Assembly (NCBI GenBank): GCA_963677625.2
Contig: CAXXSW010000003.1
Coordinates: forward strand, 25,594-89,593
Direction of reading: 5' to 3'
Length of the DNA: 64,000 nt
Origin: Vallitaleaceae bacterium
GTDB lineage: Bacteria > Bacillota > Clostridia > Lachnospirales > Vallitaleaceae
The notes under the pieces were generated by a model that searched no databases, was not told the origin of the DNA, and worked only from the letters and a program-made list of their open reading frames with translations. The position numbers and the translations under genes were made by a program. The stretch's first letter is position 1. Each line of letters opens with the position of its first letter. Below, piece after piece: positions 8,705 through 19,200 of this stretch.

Positions 8705-9646
8705 TTAGTAACAGAAATAAACACCATCACTAACCTTATACACAGTTTTTCCACTGAAAGGTCTTGTATTAAAGTATATACATTCAGGAACACTGTTTTC
8801 ACCACGTAATACTTTTTTTGCAGCAAGAACGCATGAATAAGAAGGTATGGTTTCATCAAATCCTTCTTCATGGGCCGGTGGAAAATGTTTACTTCCTGAT
8901 ACATCATAAATTACATCCCTTATGGTGTTTTCGAGACCAGGATGAGCTACTTGGTTTATGACTACACTGGCAACACCGTGCTTGGTTTCATAGGACGCAG
9001 AGCCTGCCTCCTTCATAATCAACTTGGAAAGAATTTTCAACTCCTCAAAGGTATAGTTTCTATCTTCTAGCCTATCTCCATTAACAAGACCTTCCATCTT
9101 GTTAATATAAACAGTATAAAAAACACTATCCCAGTTGACTTCAAATCCAAGCCATTCACTTAAGTAGCGAATGGGAATCATAATTCGTCCATTGACTAAT
9201 AGACTCGGACTATCCATTGGTATATCTTGAAAATCTACCACCATTCGATAATCATTCACAGGAAAAAGAACTTGGTGTCCATCCACCATTACCTCTCCAC
9301 GATAGGCTTCCTCATTCCATGAAATATTCATAATAGAAAAGGCCTCACAAATGGCTCGAAGAGGCACATAAGTTCTTCCACCAACAATCATAGAGTCCAC
9401 ATCCGTTTTAAGAAATCGGTCATTTATTAATATGTCTATAGGCATCTGATCTACATTTTCCGCCTCATTAAGAAGGGCAAGAACCTGATCAGATGTTTCA
9501 CGAATCCCTTTTGCTTTGCTCTCTTCGTATATTCTGATACGGTCCAAAACTTCAGGATCAGTTTCTTCTCCAATACATACTGTCATGAAAATAAATTGCA
9601 TCGCCATAAAACTAGCAATCAAGAGTCTTAACACTTTCATAATCAT
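8705..9646 (-). CDS. Secreted stalk (copper amine oxidase N-terminal-like) domain plus cell wall hydrolase (SleB/Hydrolase_2) protein
   Basis: Signal peptide; GRTYVPLRAICE and GRIMIPIRYLSEWLGFEVNWD stalk repeats; C-terminal LIMKEAG...VASVVINQV...CIYFN...GVYF. Confidence 0.8.
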   Translation of the reverse strand: MIMKVLRLLIASFMAMQFIFMTVCIGEETDPEVLDRIRIYEESKAKGIRETSDQVLALLNEAENVDQMPIDILINDRFLKTDVDSMIVGGRTYVPLRAICEAFSIMNISWNEEAYRGEVMVDGHQVLFPVNDYRMVVDFQDIPMDSPSLLVNGRIMIPIRYLSEWLGFEVNWDSVFYTVYINKMEGLVNGDRLEDRNYTFEELKILSKLIMKEAGSASYETKHGVASVVINQVAHPGLENTIRDVIYDVSGSKHFPPAHEEGFDETIPSYSCVLAAKKVLRGENSVPECIYFNTRPFSGKTVYKVSDGVYFCY

Positions 9647-9658
9647 CTCTCCTAATCT

Positions 9659-10537
9659 CTATTCTATACCCTTTAAAGTTATAACAACTACTTCCGGTGG
9701 ATTAAATACCCTAGGTAAAAAGAAATTTAAACTCAATCCTCTGCTAACAATCATGTGCATACCATCTTCTTTATATAAACCTCCGGCATATTCAGGAAAG
9801 AAACCTTGATTGGGGGCATATAATCCATTAAGGAGATAGGGTATGCGTACCTGTCCCCCATGGGCATGGCCACATAAGACAAGGTCTAAGTCAAAGGTCT
9901 TATAGGTGTTGATATACTCTGGTCGGTGAGAAAGCAAAAGAGTGAAATGACTTAAATCAAGATCCAATAAACCGGATTCTTTTATCTCCTCATTAACAGG
10001 TAAAACATTATATAGGTCAACCCCATCTCTCTTTGATTCAAGGCTAAAAGATTTTCGTCTGTTACCCGTTCCTGCTGGGTCAAGTATACCACCAATATTA
10101 ATTTTGTTTCCATTTATCTCAATAACTTCAGAATCATTAAAATAACAGGTAACACCAAGGTCTTCTATCCGTTCAAAAACTTTCTCTGTTTCCCTGTGCC
10201 AACCTTCATGATTACCTGAAACATAATAGATAGGATAATCACTTAAGGATTCCATTAACATATAGGCTCCGCTTTCATCAGCGACATCATCAACCATATC
10301 TCCAGTCATAACAATAATATCTGGATTAGCTGCTTTGATTTTTTTAAGCAATCGGCTTTGATCTTTTCCATATATTGACCCATGCAAATCACTAAGGTGT
10401 ACAATTCGAACAGGGTTTTCAATTTTATCTGAAGTTACAGTGTATCGTCGATATACTGGCTGATTCCACAAGGCGATGGTTGCTAGAACAGCCAGAGTCA
10501 CAATTATGTATATCATCTGTCTTTTCCTCTTCTTCAT
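9659..10537 (-). CDS. Calcineurin-like metallophosphoesterase (YkuE/YaeI-like)
   Basis: SDLH, TGDMVD, SGNHE, LLSHRP, GHAHGGQ motifs. Confidence 0.92.
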   Translation of the reverse strand: MKKRKRQMIYIIVTLAVLATIALWNQPVYRRYTVTSDKIENPVRIVHLSDLHGSIYGKDQSRLLKKIKAANPDIIVMTGDMVDDVADESGAYMLMESLSDYPIYYVSGNHEGWHRETEKVFERIEDLGVTCYFNDSEVIEINGNKINIGGILDPAGTGNRRKSFSLESKRDGVDLYNVLPVNEEIKESGLLDLDLSHFTLLLSHRPEYINTYKTFDLDLVLCGHAHGGQVRIPYLLNGLYAPNQGFFPEYAGGLYKEDGMHMIVSRGLSLNFFLPRVFNPPEVVVITLKGIE

Positions 10538-10654
10538 CCATATTTCTCCATTATAGCATATTTACTGTCATTGACCGGTCTTTCTTTCAGTGCTATTATA
10601 ACAGTTATCCAGCTTATGCATATTTACAATTTTATGACAAGGAGGTTGAGCCTT

Positions 10655-11785
10655 ATGCATATTCTCTTTATTGAACCTTTCTACAGCGGTTCTCATAAAG
10701 CTTGGTTAGATCACTTAATTGCACATTCAAGTCATCAGATACATGCCTTGACCATGGATGGCAAATCTTGGAAGTGGCGTATGTATGGTGCTTCCCTTAC
10801 CATGTCTCAGGAACTTATAAAAATACATCAAGAGTTTGATCTTATTATCGTTAATGACATGCTGGATTTCTCCACCTTTATAGCTTTATCAAGAGATCAG
10901 CTTACAAGGCTTGGTAATCCAAAACTTGCTGTCTATTTTCATGAAAATCAATTAGCTTATCCTTGGAGAGAGGCTGGTGATGATATAAGAAAAAATAGAG
11001 ATGTCCATTATGGTATGATGAATTATACTTCTGCTCTTTGTGCTGATTATGTCATATTTAATTCTAAACATAACCGTGACACATTCTTTCTAGAGCTAAA
11101 AAATCTCCTTAATAAAATGCCTGATTATAAACACACAAATTCTCTGGAATCTATTGCTGAAAAAACAAGTATATTACCTATAGGTCTTGAAACACCAAGC
11201 CCCTTGTCAGGCAAAGATTTAAGTGATTTTATGATGAGATATAATATAAAGCCTAATCATTCACCAATCATCCTTTGGAATCACCGCCTTGACCATGACA
11301 AAAATCCACGAGGTTTTTTGGAGATGCTTATAGGAGTCAAGAAAAAAGGTTTTTCTTTTTCACTAGTTTTTCTGGGTCAAATGAACAACCGAAATCTTGA
11401 CCATTATGAACATTTATTTCAAGAACTCCAGGAAGAAACCCTAGCCCTTGGCTATGTCAGCAGACAAGACTATCTAGGTTTTCTAACTATTTCAGATATA
11501 CTTCCTGTTACCTCCTATCACGATTTTTTTGGCATTAGTGTTATGGAGGCCATTGCCTATGGTTGCAAACCATTGCTTCCAAAGAGACTAACCTATCCTG
11601 ATCTATATGATTCCGATAAAAACCCTGAAATCTTTTATGATAATGAAACGGAACTAGAAGAAAAACTACTTAATACCATAAAAGTAACAAGCCCAGAAAA
11701 AAAATATATTCAATTAACAAAACCATATTGGTGGCCAAAAATAATCACCCAATATGACATCTGTTTTAAGTCCATGGGCAAGTGA
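10655..11785 (+). CDS. DUF3524 + GT-B glycosyltransferase, GTDC1/QTMAN (tRNA-queuosine mannosyltransferase)-like
   Basis: EPFYSGSHKAW, WKWRM, YFHENQLAYP, ADYVIFNS, LWNHRLDHDKNP, HDFFGISVMEA; start moved to ATG 10655 (AGGAGG RBS). Confidence 0.85.
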   Translation: MHILFIEPFYSGSHKAWLDHLIAHSSHQIHALTMDGKSWKWRMYGASLTMSQELIKIHQEFDLIIVNDMLDFSTFIALSRDQLTRLGNPKLAVYFHENQLAYPWREAGDDIRKNRDVHYGMMNYTSALCADYVIFNSKHNRDTFFLELKNLLNKMPDYKHTNSLESIAEKTSILPIGLETPSPLSGKDLSDFMMRYNIKPNHSPIILWNHRLDHDKNPRGFLEMLIGVKKKGFSFSLVFLGQMNNRNLDHYEHLFQELQEETLALGYVSRQDYLGFLTISDILPVTSYHDFFGISVMEAIAYGCKPLLPKRLTYPDLYDSDKNPEIFYDNETELEEKLLNTIKVTSPEKKYIQLTKPYWWPKIITQYDICFKSMGK

Positions 11786-11810
11786 TTTAATATTGATTTA
11801 GTTTTCGGTG

Positions 11811-11874
11811 GGAAAGTTTCCTTGTAGGCATCATGTCGGTCTTTTAGATATGATGCTGGAATAAAGAACTTTCC
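11811..11874. repeat. Nested palindromic repeat element, copy 2 (64 bp)
   Basis: GGAAAGTTTCCTTGTAG-GCATCATGTC-GGTCTTTTA-GATATGATGC-TGGAATAAAGAACTTTCC; 57/64 identity with copy 1. Confidence 0.85.
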
Positions 11875-11886
11875 TATAGAATAAGA

Positions 11887-11912
11887 CAAGAGCCACCAAA
11901 TGGTGGCTCTTG
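11887..11912. terminator. Intrinsic terminator between convergent DUF3524 gene and ald
   Basis: Perfect 11-bp stem CAAGAGCCACC/GGTGGCTCTTG, 4-nt loop, minus-strand tail TCTTATTCT. Confidence 0.8.
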
Positions 11913-11985
11913 GAGTTTTAAGGAGTTGATCTAACAGATTGGTGGACAGGCCTAACTGCTAGATGAATTGGGATACTTACTAAAA

Positions 11986-13101
11986 CTAAAGTAATTCTTC
12001 TGGTGATTTATACTCGACACCTAGGTCATCAGCTACATGTTTATATGTACAATATCCTTTGTATGTGTTAAGGCCAAGACGTAAATCCTTGTTTTCAAGC
12101 ATAGCTTCTACAGGACCCTTGTTAGCAATATCAAGAAGATACTTAAGGGTTACACCAGTAAGTGCATATGTTGAAGTCCTTGGAACTGCTCCTGGCATGT
12201 TGGCAACGGAGTAGTGTATAACACCGTGTTTTTCATAACATGGATTATCATGAGTTGTGACACGGTCTATTGTCTCAATGGATCCACCTTGATCTATGGC
12301 AACATCAACAACCACAGCCCCTGGTTTCATTGTTTTAACCATTTCCTCAGTTACAAGATGAGGTGCTTTAGCTCCTGGTATAAGAACTGCACCGATAAGT
12401 AAATCTGCTTTTCTAACAGACTCTGCAATATTAAATTCATTAGAATATAGGGTCTCAACACGACCTTGGAAAATGTCGTCAAGATATCCAAGACGCTTGG
12501 CACTAATGTCAAGCATGGTCACCCTTGCACCAAGTCCAACCGCCATTTTTGCGGCATTGATACCAACAATACCACCACCGATAATAACTACATTAGCAGG
12601 TGGCACACCTGGAACACCACCTAAAAGCACACCCATACCACCATTATATTTTTGAAGTAGGTTTGCTCCAACTTGAGTGGACATCCGTCCGGCCACTTCA
12701 CTCATTGGATGAAGAAGAGGAAGGGAATGATCAGGAAGCTGAACTGTTTCATAAGCGATACCGGTTACTTTTCTCTCCATTAAAGCCTGTGTTAATTCAA
12801 GGTTAGCAGCCAAATGGAGGTAGGTATATAAGGTTTGGCCTTCTTTAAATAAGTCATATTCCTGTGGCAATGGTTCTTTGACCTTAACGATAGTATCAGC
12901 TTTTGAAAAAACATCAAGATTAGATTCAAGAATTATAGCGCCTGCTGCTTGATATTCTTCGTTAGTTATACCGCTGCCAAGGCCCGCATTATCTTCAATA
13001 TACACAGTATGTCCAGCCTTAACTAAAGCGCTTGCACCTGCAGGAGTTAATGCAACACGGTTTTCATTGTTCTTAATCTCTTTTGGTACTCCAATAATCA
13101 T
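11986..13101 (-). CDS. ald: Alanine dehydrogenase
   Basis: [70 protein letters not shown]. Confidence 0.97.
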   Translation of the reverse strand: MIIGVPKEIKNNENRVALTPAGASALVKAGHTVYIEDNAGLGSGITNEEYQAAGAIILESNLDVFSKADTIVKVKEPLPQEYDLFKEGQTLYTYLHLAANLELTQALMERKVTGIAYETVQLPDHSLPLLHPMSEVAGRMSTQVGANLLQKYNGGMGVLLGGVPGVPPANVVIIGGGIVGINAAKMAVGLGARVTMLDISAKRLGYLDDIFQGRVETLYSNEFNIAESVRKADLLIGAVLIPGAKAPHLVTEEMVKTMKPGAVVVDVAIDQGGSIETIDRVTTHDNPCYEKHGVIHYSVANMPGAVPRTSTYALTGVTLKYLLDIANKGPVEAMLENKDLRLGLNTYKGYCTYKHVADDLGVEYKSPEELL

Positions 13102-13128
13102 AAACTACACCTCTTAACCTTAATTTTT

Positions 13129-13147
13129 ATCATAGGAATATCCTATG
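13129..13147. promoter_or_regulatory. Palindromic Lrp/AldR-type operator upstream of ald
   Basis: CATAGGAATATCCTATG near-perfect palindrome 30 nt upstream of ald; resembles the Lrp-family AG-AT-rich-CT site; adjacent gene is an Lrp regulator. Confidence 0.5.
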
Positions 13148-13207
13148 TACATCTTTGTCAAAAAAGTTATGCCATTATTCTTGTGTGTTTAACGGACTTT
13201 CGCTATT

Positions 13208-13654
13208 CTAGTTAGGTACAATGGAGTGCTTGCTCTTAATGCTGGACAAACAAACGGTTGTCTTCGTCTTCCCAACACCTTGAATACCTTTGATCCTGTC
13301 CAAAATGATTTTCAATGATTCTGTGTCTTCAGTTATTATTTTGAGCATATAATCAAACTCACCTGCTATGTAATATCCTTCAAGAATTTCTTCATCCTGT
13401 TCAACAAATTCCTGAAGTTTATCAACATAATGGGGGCCGTCTAGTGCTACAGACATAAATGCTGTCAAATTCTTGTTCAGATATTTGGAATTAATGATTG
13501 TCGTATACTGTTCGATAATGCCTGTATTCTCCAACTTTTTCAGACGTTCAGAAACTGCTGAAACTGAAAGATTAATTCTTCCACTGATCTCAGATACCGT
13601 CATTCTGGCATTTTCTTCCAGTAGAAGGAGAATCGATTTATCCATTTGATCCAT
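13208..13654 (-). CDS. Lrp/AsnC-family transcriptional regulator (probable AldR)
   Basis: MDQMDKSILLLLEENARMTVSEISGRINLSVSAVSERLKKLE HTH; AGEFDYMLKI RAM domain; directly upstream of ald. Confidence 0.92.
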   Translation of the reverse strand: MDQMDKSILLLLEENARMTVSEISGRINLSVSAVSERLKKLENTGIIEQYTTIINSKYLNKNLTAFMSVALDGPHYVDKLQEFVEQDEEILEGYYIAGEFDYMLKIITEDTESLKIILDRIKGIQGVGKTKTTVCLSSIKSKHSIVPN

Positions 13655-13685
13655 ATCTTGTTCTCCTTACGTAATTTATACTTTA

Positions 13686-13814
13686 ATTATACACTTTTAC
13701 CTTAATTTTTCAATATTCTGGCAAATATACAGAATAATTTCTATACTTTTCCCAATTCACAGGATTATTTTTACCCAAACAAAAAATATCCTGTATGAAC
13801 AGAATATTTTTTCG
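13686..13814 (-). promoter_or_regulatory. sigma-A promoter of lrp (TTGAAA-16-TATAAT) with an array of five Lrp-like sites
   Basis: -10 at 13686-13691, -35 at 13708-13713; CAG(A/G)AT(A/T)TTT-like motifs centred near 13713, 13737, 13767, 13786, 13807. Confidence 0.5.
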
Positions 13815-13913
13815 TATAAAGCATATATACTTAATATTTTACACCAATTTTATTATTATCTTAATCATTTTCTGAATAAGGCCAGATTTGGACATATAAT
13901 AAAGAGGACATAA

Positions 13914-14843
13914 CTATATATCATATACCCTAGCTTGCTTAGCCAAATCAATAGCTTCCTGCAAGACCAGTCTCGGATATCCCTCAACGCTTATGGTTAA
14001 TGTAGAACAAGCAGAACCAAAAGCTAGGGCTTGACTATCCGTCAGGCCTTTTTCCAAGCCATAAACAAAACCTGCCAACATAGAATCACCTGCTCCTACT
14101 GTAGATACAACCGTAGCTGGAATAGCTTCACTACGAATAGCCTTATCTTTAGTCACCAATAAGGCTCCATCTTTTCCCATGGATACCAGGACATAAACCA
14201 CTTCATATTGACTGATAATATCTCTGCCAGCATGAATAACTTCTTCAACTGTAGTCAAGTTCCTATCAATGGCGTTTTCTAACTCATGAATATTTGGCTT
14301 AATGATATAAGGACTACCTTTTAAACCTTCTAATAAGTAGTCATCATCAGCATCGATGACAACTTTACATTGATCCTTATATTTGGAAGCAACTTGACCA
14401 TACATATTAACAGGCATACCTCCAGGAAGAGACCCTCCCATAACTAAATAATTACTGTCCTTTGCAGCTTGATCAATAAGTTTAAAAAGATCCACTATAT
14501 TCTGATTATTAACCCTTGCTCCAGCTTCATTAATATCTGTTGTCATATTCTTGGACATTTCAACAATCTTCATATTAGTTCTAGTTGCTCCACTAACCTT
14601 CACGTAATTCACTTCCATATGATCATCTTCAAAATGTTCCAAAACCCTGTTGGCATTCTCCTCACCCAAAACAACAATATGCTTTGTAGCCAGTCCAAAC
14701 CCTCCAAGAATTCGACCCATGTTAATCCCTTTTCCGCCTAAATCCTCGCGAAAATGTCCAACACGGTTTACCTCTCCATAAGTGATTCCCTCCACCTTAA
14801 TAGTCTTATCTAACGCAGGGTTAAAAGTTATAGCTGTTATCAT
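13914..14843 (-). CDS. pfkB: 1-phosphofructokinase family hexose kinase (PfkB/FruK/LacC)
   Basis: TFNPALD, GGKGINMG, GGSLPGG, IKPNIHEL, STVGAGDSMLAG. Confidence 0.92.
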   Translation of the reverse strand: MITAITFNPALDKTIKVEGITYGEVNRVGHFREDLGGKGINMGRILGGFGLATKHIVVLGEENANRVLEHFEDDHMEVNYVKVSGATRTNMKIVEMSKNMTTDINEAGARVNNQNIVDLFKLIDQAAKDSNYLVMGGSLPGGMPVNMYGQVASKYKDQCKVVIDADDDYLLEGLKGSPYIIKPNIHELENAIDRNLTTVEEVIHAGRDIISQYEVVYVLVSMGKDGALLVTKDKAIRSEAIPATVVSTVGAGDSMLAGFVYGLEKGLTDSQALAFGSACSTLTISVEGYPRLVLQEAIDLAKQARVYDI

Positions 14844-14976
14844 TTTCTCTCTCCTTCACAAAGCTTATATCTACTAGAAACTTCATATTCATATATCATT
14901 TTTTATTATAAGGGTTACTCAAGAATAAATCCATCAGTTTTAGAAAGAGAAGCTTCAAGTCTTTGTCCATCTCTGA

Positions 14977-17900
14977 TTAGGCTTCTTGGTGGTGAACAAC
15001 ACTGTAAGTCAAAGGAATAAATACAAGCGTCAAAAAAGTGGAAATCAAGAGCCCGAACACCAAACATACTGCCATTGGCTTAAAAAGCTCACTATTACTA
15101 AACATAAGAGGAAGCAGCCCTGTAACCGTAGTTATGGTGGATAGGATAATCGGTCTAAAACGGACAACCGAAGCCTGAATACAAGCTTCATCTACTGACA
15201 TCTTATCTCGTCTCTTCATATTAATGTACTCCATAAGAACGATTGCATTATTTACAACAATACCAATTAAGGAAATGATGCCCAGCATACCTGTAAAACT
15301 TATGGGCTGATCCATAAGAAAGAGCCCGAAAATTGCTCCAGCGGCTGAAAGTGGCAAGGTCAACATAATAATAAAAGCTTGCTTGTATGACCTAAATTGA
15401 AAGAGAAGAATAGTTAGTATCAAAAGAACAGCAAAGGCCGCAGTTGCTCCCAAGTTTCCAAAGTACTTAACAATTTTTGCACTTTCACCCTCAAGGTCCA
15501 TCCTGGCTTGACCAAGATCCATACTTTTAGTCTTTTCAAGAAAGGCACTCTCAATTGTCCTAGCGTCAAATCCAGGTTCAATATCACTCATCAAAATAAT
15601 AGTATTCTCACCATTATATTTCCTAATAGTCGGACGAACTTTCTTAAGAGAGATAGTACCTAAATCCTTCAGAAGATGTTTCTTCCCTGTCGCAGATGAT
15701 TTAATCATCAAGTTTTCAAGTTCCTGAATCGATGAAGCATCTGAACTTAACCTAATATCATATTCGTTACCATTCTGTCTAAATATAGAAACATCTCTTC
15801 CTGAAAGACCAATACTGACTTCATTAAGCACATCATATTTCAGTAAACCATAATATGAGATTTTTTCTTCATCCAGAACCAGCTCGTATTCGTAAACAAA
15901 AGGATCATAGTCTGTTCGAACATTACTTGCCCCCTTGACTGTTTCCAAAATAGCTTCCAGTTCCTTCGTTGTTGCCCATAGGCTGTCCATATCCAAACCT
16001 GTTACTCGAATATATATAGGTGCTCCAATTGGCTCTGCATATTCCAATTCCTTAACCGTTGCAGATCCAGCCAAGAGCTTTGAATCAATATCTTTTTGAA
16101 GAGCACGAACTAAGTCAGTGTTTTTCATATAAACTGAATCTTCTAAATCCACATCCAAAACTATTTGAGCGTTTTCAGGAATTTTGGCATAAACACCAAG
16201 AGTATCATAGTATTTGGGTACTGAACCACCTATGGCAGTCGTCATATTCTTAATTTCAGGATGTTGTTGAACAATGGCTTGAACCTGATCTGTAACCTGC
16301 TTTGTATAGTCGATATCAATATTCTTCTCAGCTTCAATATCAATATAGATAATCGATTTATCTGCCTTTGGAAAAAAGATGATATTGGCGAAGAAAAAAG
16401 TTCCACCCAAGGCACTTAGAATAAGCAGTCCAAGTCCAAAGGAAAGGAATTTTTTCTTTAACGAAAGGGTCAAAAGACTTGCCATAAAAGTATCAGTTCT
16501 TTTTTCACTTTTTTTCCTAGGCTTAAAGAACACAAAAGCAAGACTTGGTGTTACCAAGAAAGCAAAAAGGAAAGAAAAGCACAAAGCCAAAATAACTACC
16601 TGGGGTAGTGCCTGAACATAATCTCCTGCTATTGAAGATAACATAATCAAAGGTGAAAATGCAGCAACTGTCGTCAATGTCGATGTTAAAATAGATATGA
16701 TAACTTCCTTAGTTCCTTCCACACAAGCTTGGAATTTTTCCAGACCTTCATCCATCTTATTCTGTATGGAATCACTGACTACAATGGCATTATCCACCAA
16801 CATGCCAAGAGCTACAATAAATGCTGCAATTGATATGGCATGAATCTTAATATCAAATACAGGCATCATCAAAATTGTAGCCATAATGGATACAGGTATA
16901 GCAAAAGATACAATCAATGCATTTCTAAATCCCATACCAAAAAAGACAACCAAAATAACTAAGCCTATACCTGTTAGGAGGTTCATAATAAAACCATTGA
17001 TGGAGTTTTCTACCTCCTCTGGTTGAAAAATAACTTCTCCAAACTCAATAGACTCCGGCAACTGACCTTTAACCCCTTGAATAACTTGTCTAACTTCCCT
17101 GCCTATACTCAAAATATTCCTATTATCCTCAAAGTAACCAACTAAAAGAACTGCCTTAGAACCGTTACGCTCATAAACAGTTGAAGCTGTTTCTTCCTCA
17201 AATTCAACGCTAGCTATATCACCTAATTTGAGAACTGAGTAATTATCCCGAGATACACTAAGGACAATATTCCTAATATCATCTAAAGAATCAAAAGAGC
17301 CATTTATCCGAAGAGGTATATCTTCATCCTCTGTTTCTATAGATCCTGACGGTATCTCTAGATTTTGAGACTTAAGGAGATTGGATATGTCATTTAAGGA
17401 TAAACCAAGACGGTTAAGTTCCTCCGTATCTAAGGTAACCTTTACTTGCTGACCTATTTCCCCAATCATCTCAAACTTTGTAACACCATCTATTTTTTTC
17501 AGGTCTGAAATAATGTTCCTTCCATAAAAGCTTAATTCATCATAATCATAACCCTCACCAGTAAGAGCAATAATCATTCCCGCTGTTTCTGTCAGGTCTG
17601 TATCAATTTCAAGAGGCATAACTTCATCCGGTAAGTCATTTTCAAGGTCCGTCATATTCCTTCTAAGCTTGGTCCAAGTTTTATCAATATCTGAACCATA
17701 CTTCATATAAACAATAGTCGTTACCACTGAATTATAAGTATAGGAGTTTAGGTAGTCAAACTCCTCCATATTCATTAATTCATCCTCTATTTTCTTTGTA
17801 ACAAATTTATCAACATCGTTACCGGATGCACCTGGGTAAATAGCTGTAATCCTTGCAACAGGGGCAGATAGGTCAGGTGCTTCCTGTTTGGGTATAGTAA

Positions 17901-17982
17901 TATATGAATATATTCCACCGATAAAAATAACAAATAGAAGGTAGAATATGATTTTGCGATTCTTTATTGCATATCCAATCAT
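14977..17982 (-). CDS. RND efflux permease (AcrB/AcrD/AcrF family)
   Basis: 1001 aa, 12-TM pattern, ALGMLVDNAIVV, GIVVNNAIVL, RFRPIILSTITT. Confidence 0.95.
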   Translation of the reverse strand: MIGYAIKNRKIIFYLLFVIFIGGIYSYITIPKQEAPDLSAPVARITAIYPGASGNDVDKFVTKKIEDELMNMEEFDYLNSYTYNSVVTTIVYMKYGSDIDKTWTKLRRNMTDLENDLPDEVMPLEIDTDLTETAGMIIALTGEGYDYDELSFYGRNIISDLKKIDGVTKFEMIGEIGQQVKVTLDTEELNRLGLSLNDISNLLKSQNLEIPSGSIETEDEDIPLRINGSFDSLDDIRNIVLSVSRDNYSVLKLGDIASVEFEEETASTVYERNGSKAVLLVGYFEDNRNILSIGREVRQVIQGVKGQLPESIEFGEVIFQPEEVENSINGFIMNLLTGIGLVILVVFFGMGFRNALIVSFAIPVSIMATILMMPVFDIKIHAISIAAFIVALGMLVDNAIVVSDSIQNKMDEGLEKFQACVEGTKEVIISILTSTLTTVAAFSPLIMLSSIAGDYVQALPQVVILALCFSFLFAFLVTPSLAFVFFKPRKKSEKRTDTFMASLLTLSLKKKFLSFGLGLLILSALGGTFFFANIIFFPKADKSIIYIDIEAEKNIDIDYTKQVTDQVQAIVQQHPEIKNMTTAIGGSVPKYYDTLGVYAKIPENAQIVLDVDLEDSVYMKNTDLVRALQKDIDSKLLAGSATVKELEYAEPIGAPIYIRVTGLDMDSLWATTKELEAILETVKGASNVRTDYDPFVYEYELVLDEEKISYYGLLKYDVLNEVSIGLSGRDVSIFRQNGNEYDIRLSSDASSIQELENLMIKSSATGKKHLLKDLGTISLKKVRPTIRKYNGENTIILMSDIEPGFDARTIESAFLEKTKSMDLGQARMDLEGESAKIVKYFGNLGATAAFAVLLILTILLFQFRSYKQAFIIMLTLPLSAAGAIFGLFLMDQPISFTGMLGIISLIGIVVNNAIVLMEYINMKRRDKMSVDEACIQASVVRFRPIILSTITTVTGLLPLMFSNSELFKPMAVCLVFGLLISTFLTLVFIPLTYSVVHHQEA

Positions 17983-17985
17983 GCT

Positions 17986-19200
17986 CTACTCCTTTATAAT
18001 CACTGAAGAATTTTCTTGAATCCGATTCAAGTTACTAATAATGACCTTTGTTCCCGGCTCTAGACCAAGAACAAGTACTTGGTTTTCATATATGTCTAAT
18101 ATATCAACTTTCTCCATCATAGCAAGGCCATCCTTATAAATATAAATATAATCTATACCATCATTTTTCAAGGCATATATCGGCAGGGTTATACCTTGAA
18201 CCTGGTCATAAGCAATCTTGCATTCTGTGATTTCACCGATGTTAAAATCTCCACTTTCCACTGAAACTTCCACATTATAAAGAAAATGATCTTCATCTGG
18301 TATTTCAGCAATCTGGCTAATTAGTCCCGAACCACTTTTGTCTCCACTGCTTATCTCAACTTTTTGTCCTAAATGAATCTTTGACAAGTCCTTACCACTG
18401 ACACCTATTGATATGATTTTCTTTGGACTTCTAAGAACGGCAACAGGGTAACCAGCCGGAATCAACTCCCCTTCTTCATACAGCTGCTTGACAAGTATCA
18501 TATCTTTATCCAAGGTATAGCTTGCATCATCAATCATCCCTTGGTTTGATGCTACATTGGTTTTAGCCAAGGCAACATTAGCTGCTGCTGCCTGAATAAC
18601 TTCTGCCTCTGTTCCGCTTAAGGCCTTATTCAAATTTTCTGATGCAAGCTCAGCATCCTTTTTGGCTAAGTCAAGTTCCAAAGTAACACTGTCCAATTCA
18701 CTTTGGCTAACAATACCTTCTTCAAAAAGACTAGTCATCTTAGTCACTTGATCTTCAAGATAAGCAAGGGCTTGGTCAGCTTTTTCCAAGGAAATTCTAG
18801 CAAGTTCAACATCTTCATCCCTTGCCCCCTTTAATGCCCTTGCATAATCAGCTTCAGCTGCAGTAAGTTGGTTTTCAGCTGCATCAAGTGCTAAATCAAG
18901 ATCAGATAAATTCAGCTGAGCAAGTATATGACCAGCTTCAAGGGTCTGGCCTTCAAGACCTTTAAAAGATTCAAGGCGGCCACTGGATTTAAAACTGATA
19001 TTTTCAACAAACAAGGGAGCCACGCTTCCCTGATATTTAATAGTCATTGGAATATTACTTAACTCAGTTTCAAAAATTGTAATCGGCACCGGGGCCTTTT
19101 CTTCTGCTAGGTAGTCTTCTGTCAAAGTATTATATATCTTATAACCTGTAAATCCAACAAGCCCAAGAGCTACCACCAAAAAAATCAACTTCATTTTCAT
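17986..19200 (-). CDS. RND/HlyD periplasmic adaptor subunit
   Basis: N-terminal TM, lipoyl half motifs flanking a long coiled-coil hairpin, GELIPAGYPV. Confidence 0.88.
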   Translation of the reverse strand: MKMKLIFLVVALGLVGFTGYKIYNTLTEDYLAEEKAPVPITIFETELSNIPMTIKYQGSVAPLFVENISFKSSGRLESFKGLEGQTLEAGHILAQLNLSDLDLALDAAENQLTAAEADYARALKGARDEDVELARISLEKADQALAYLEDQVTKMTSLFEEGIVSQSELDSVTLELDLAKKDAELASENLNKALSGTEAEVIQAAAANVALAKTNVASNQGMIDDASYTLDKDMILVKQLYEEGELIPAGYPVAVLRSPKKIISIGVSGKDLSKIHLGQKVEISSGDKSGSGLISQIAEIPDEDHFLYNVEVSVESGDFNIGEITECKIAYDQVQGITLPIYALKNDGIDYIYIYKDGLAMMEKVDILDIYENQVLVLGLEPGTKVIISNLNRIQENSSVIIKE

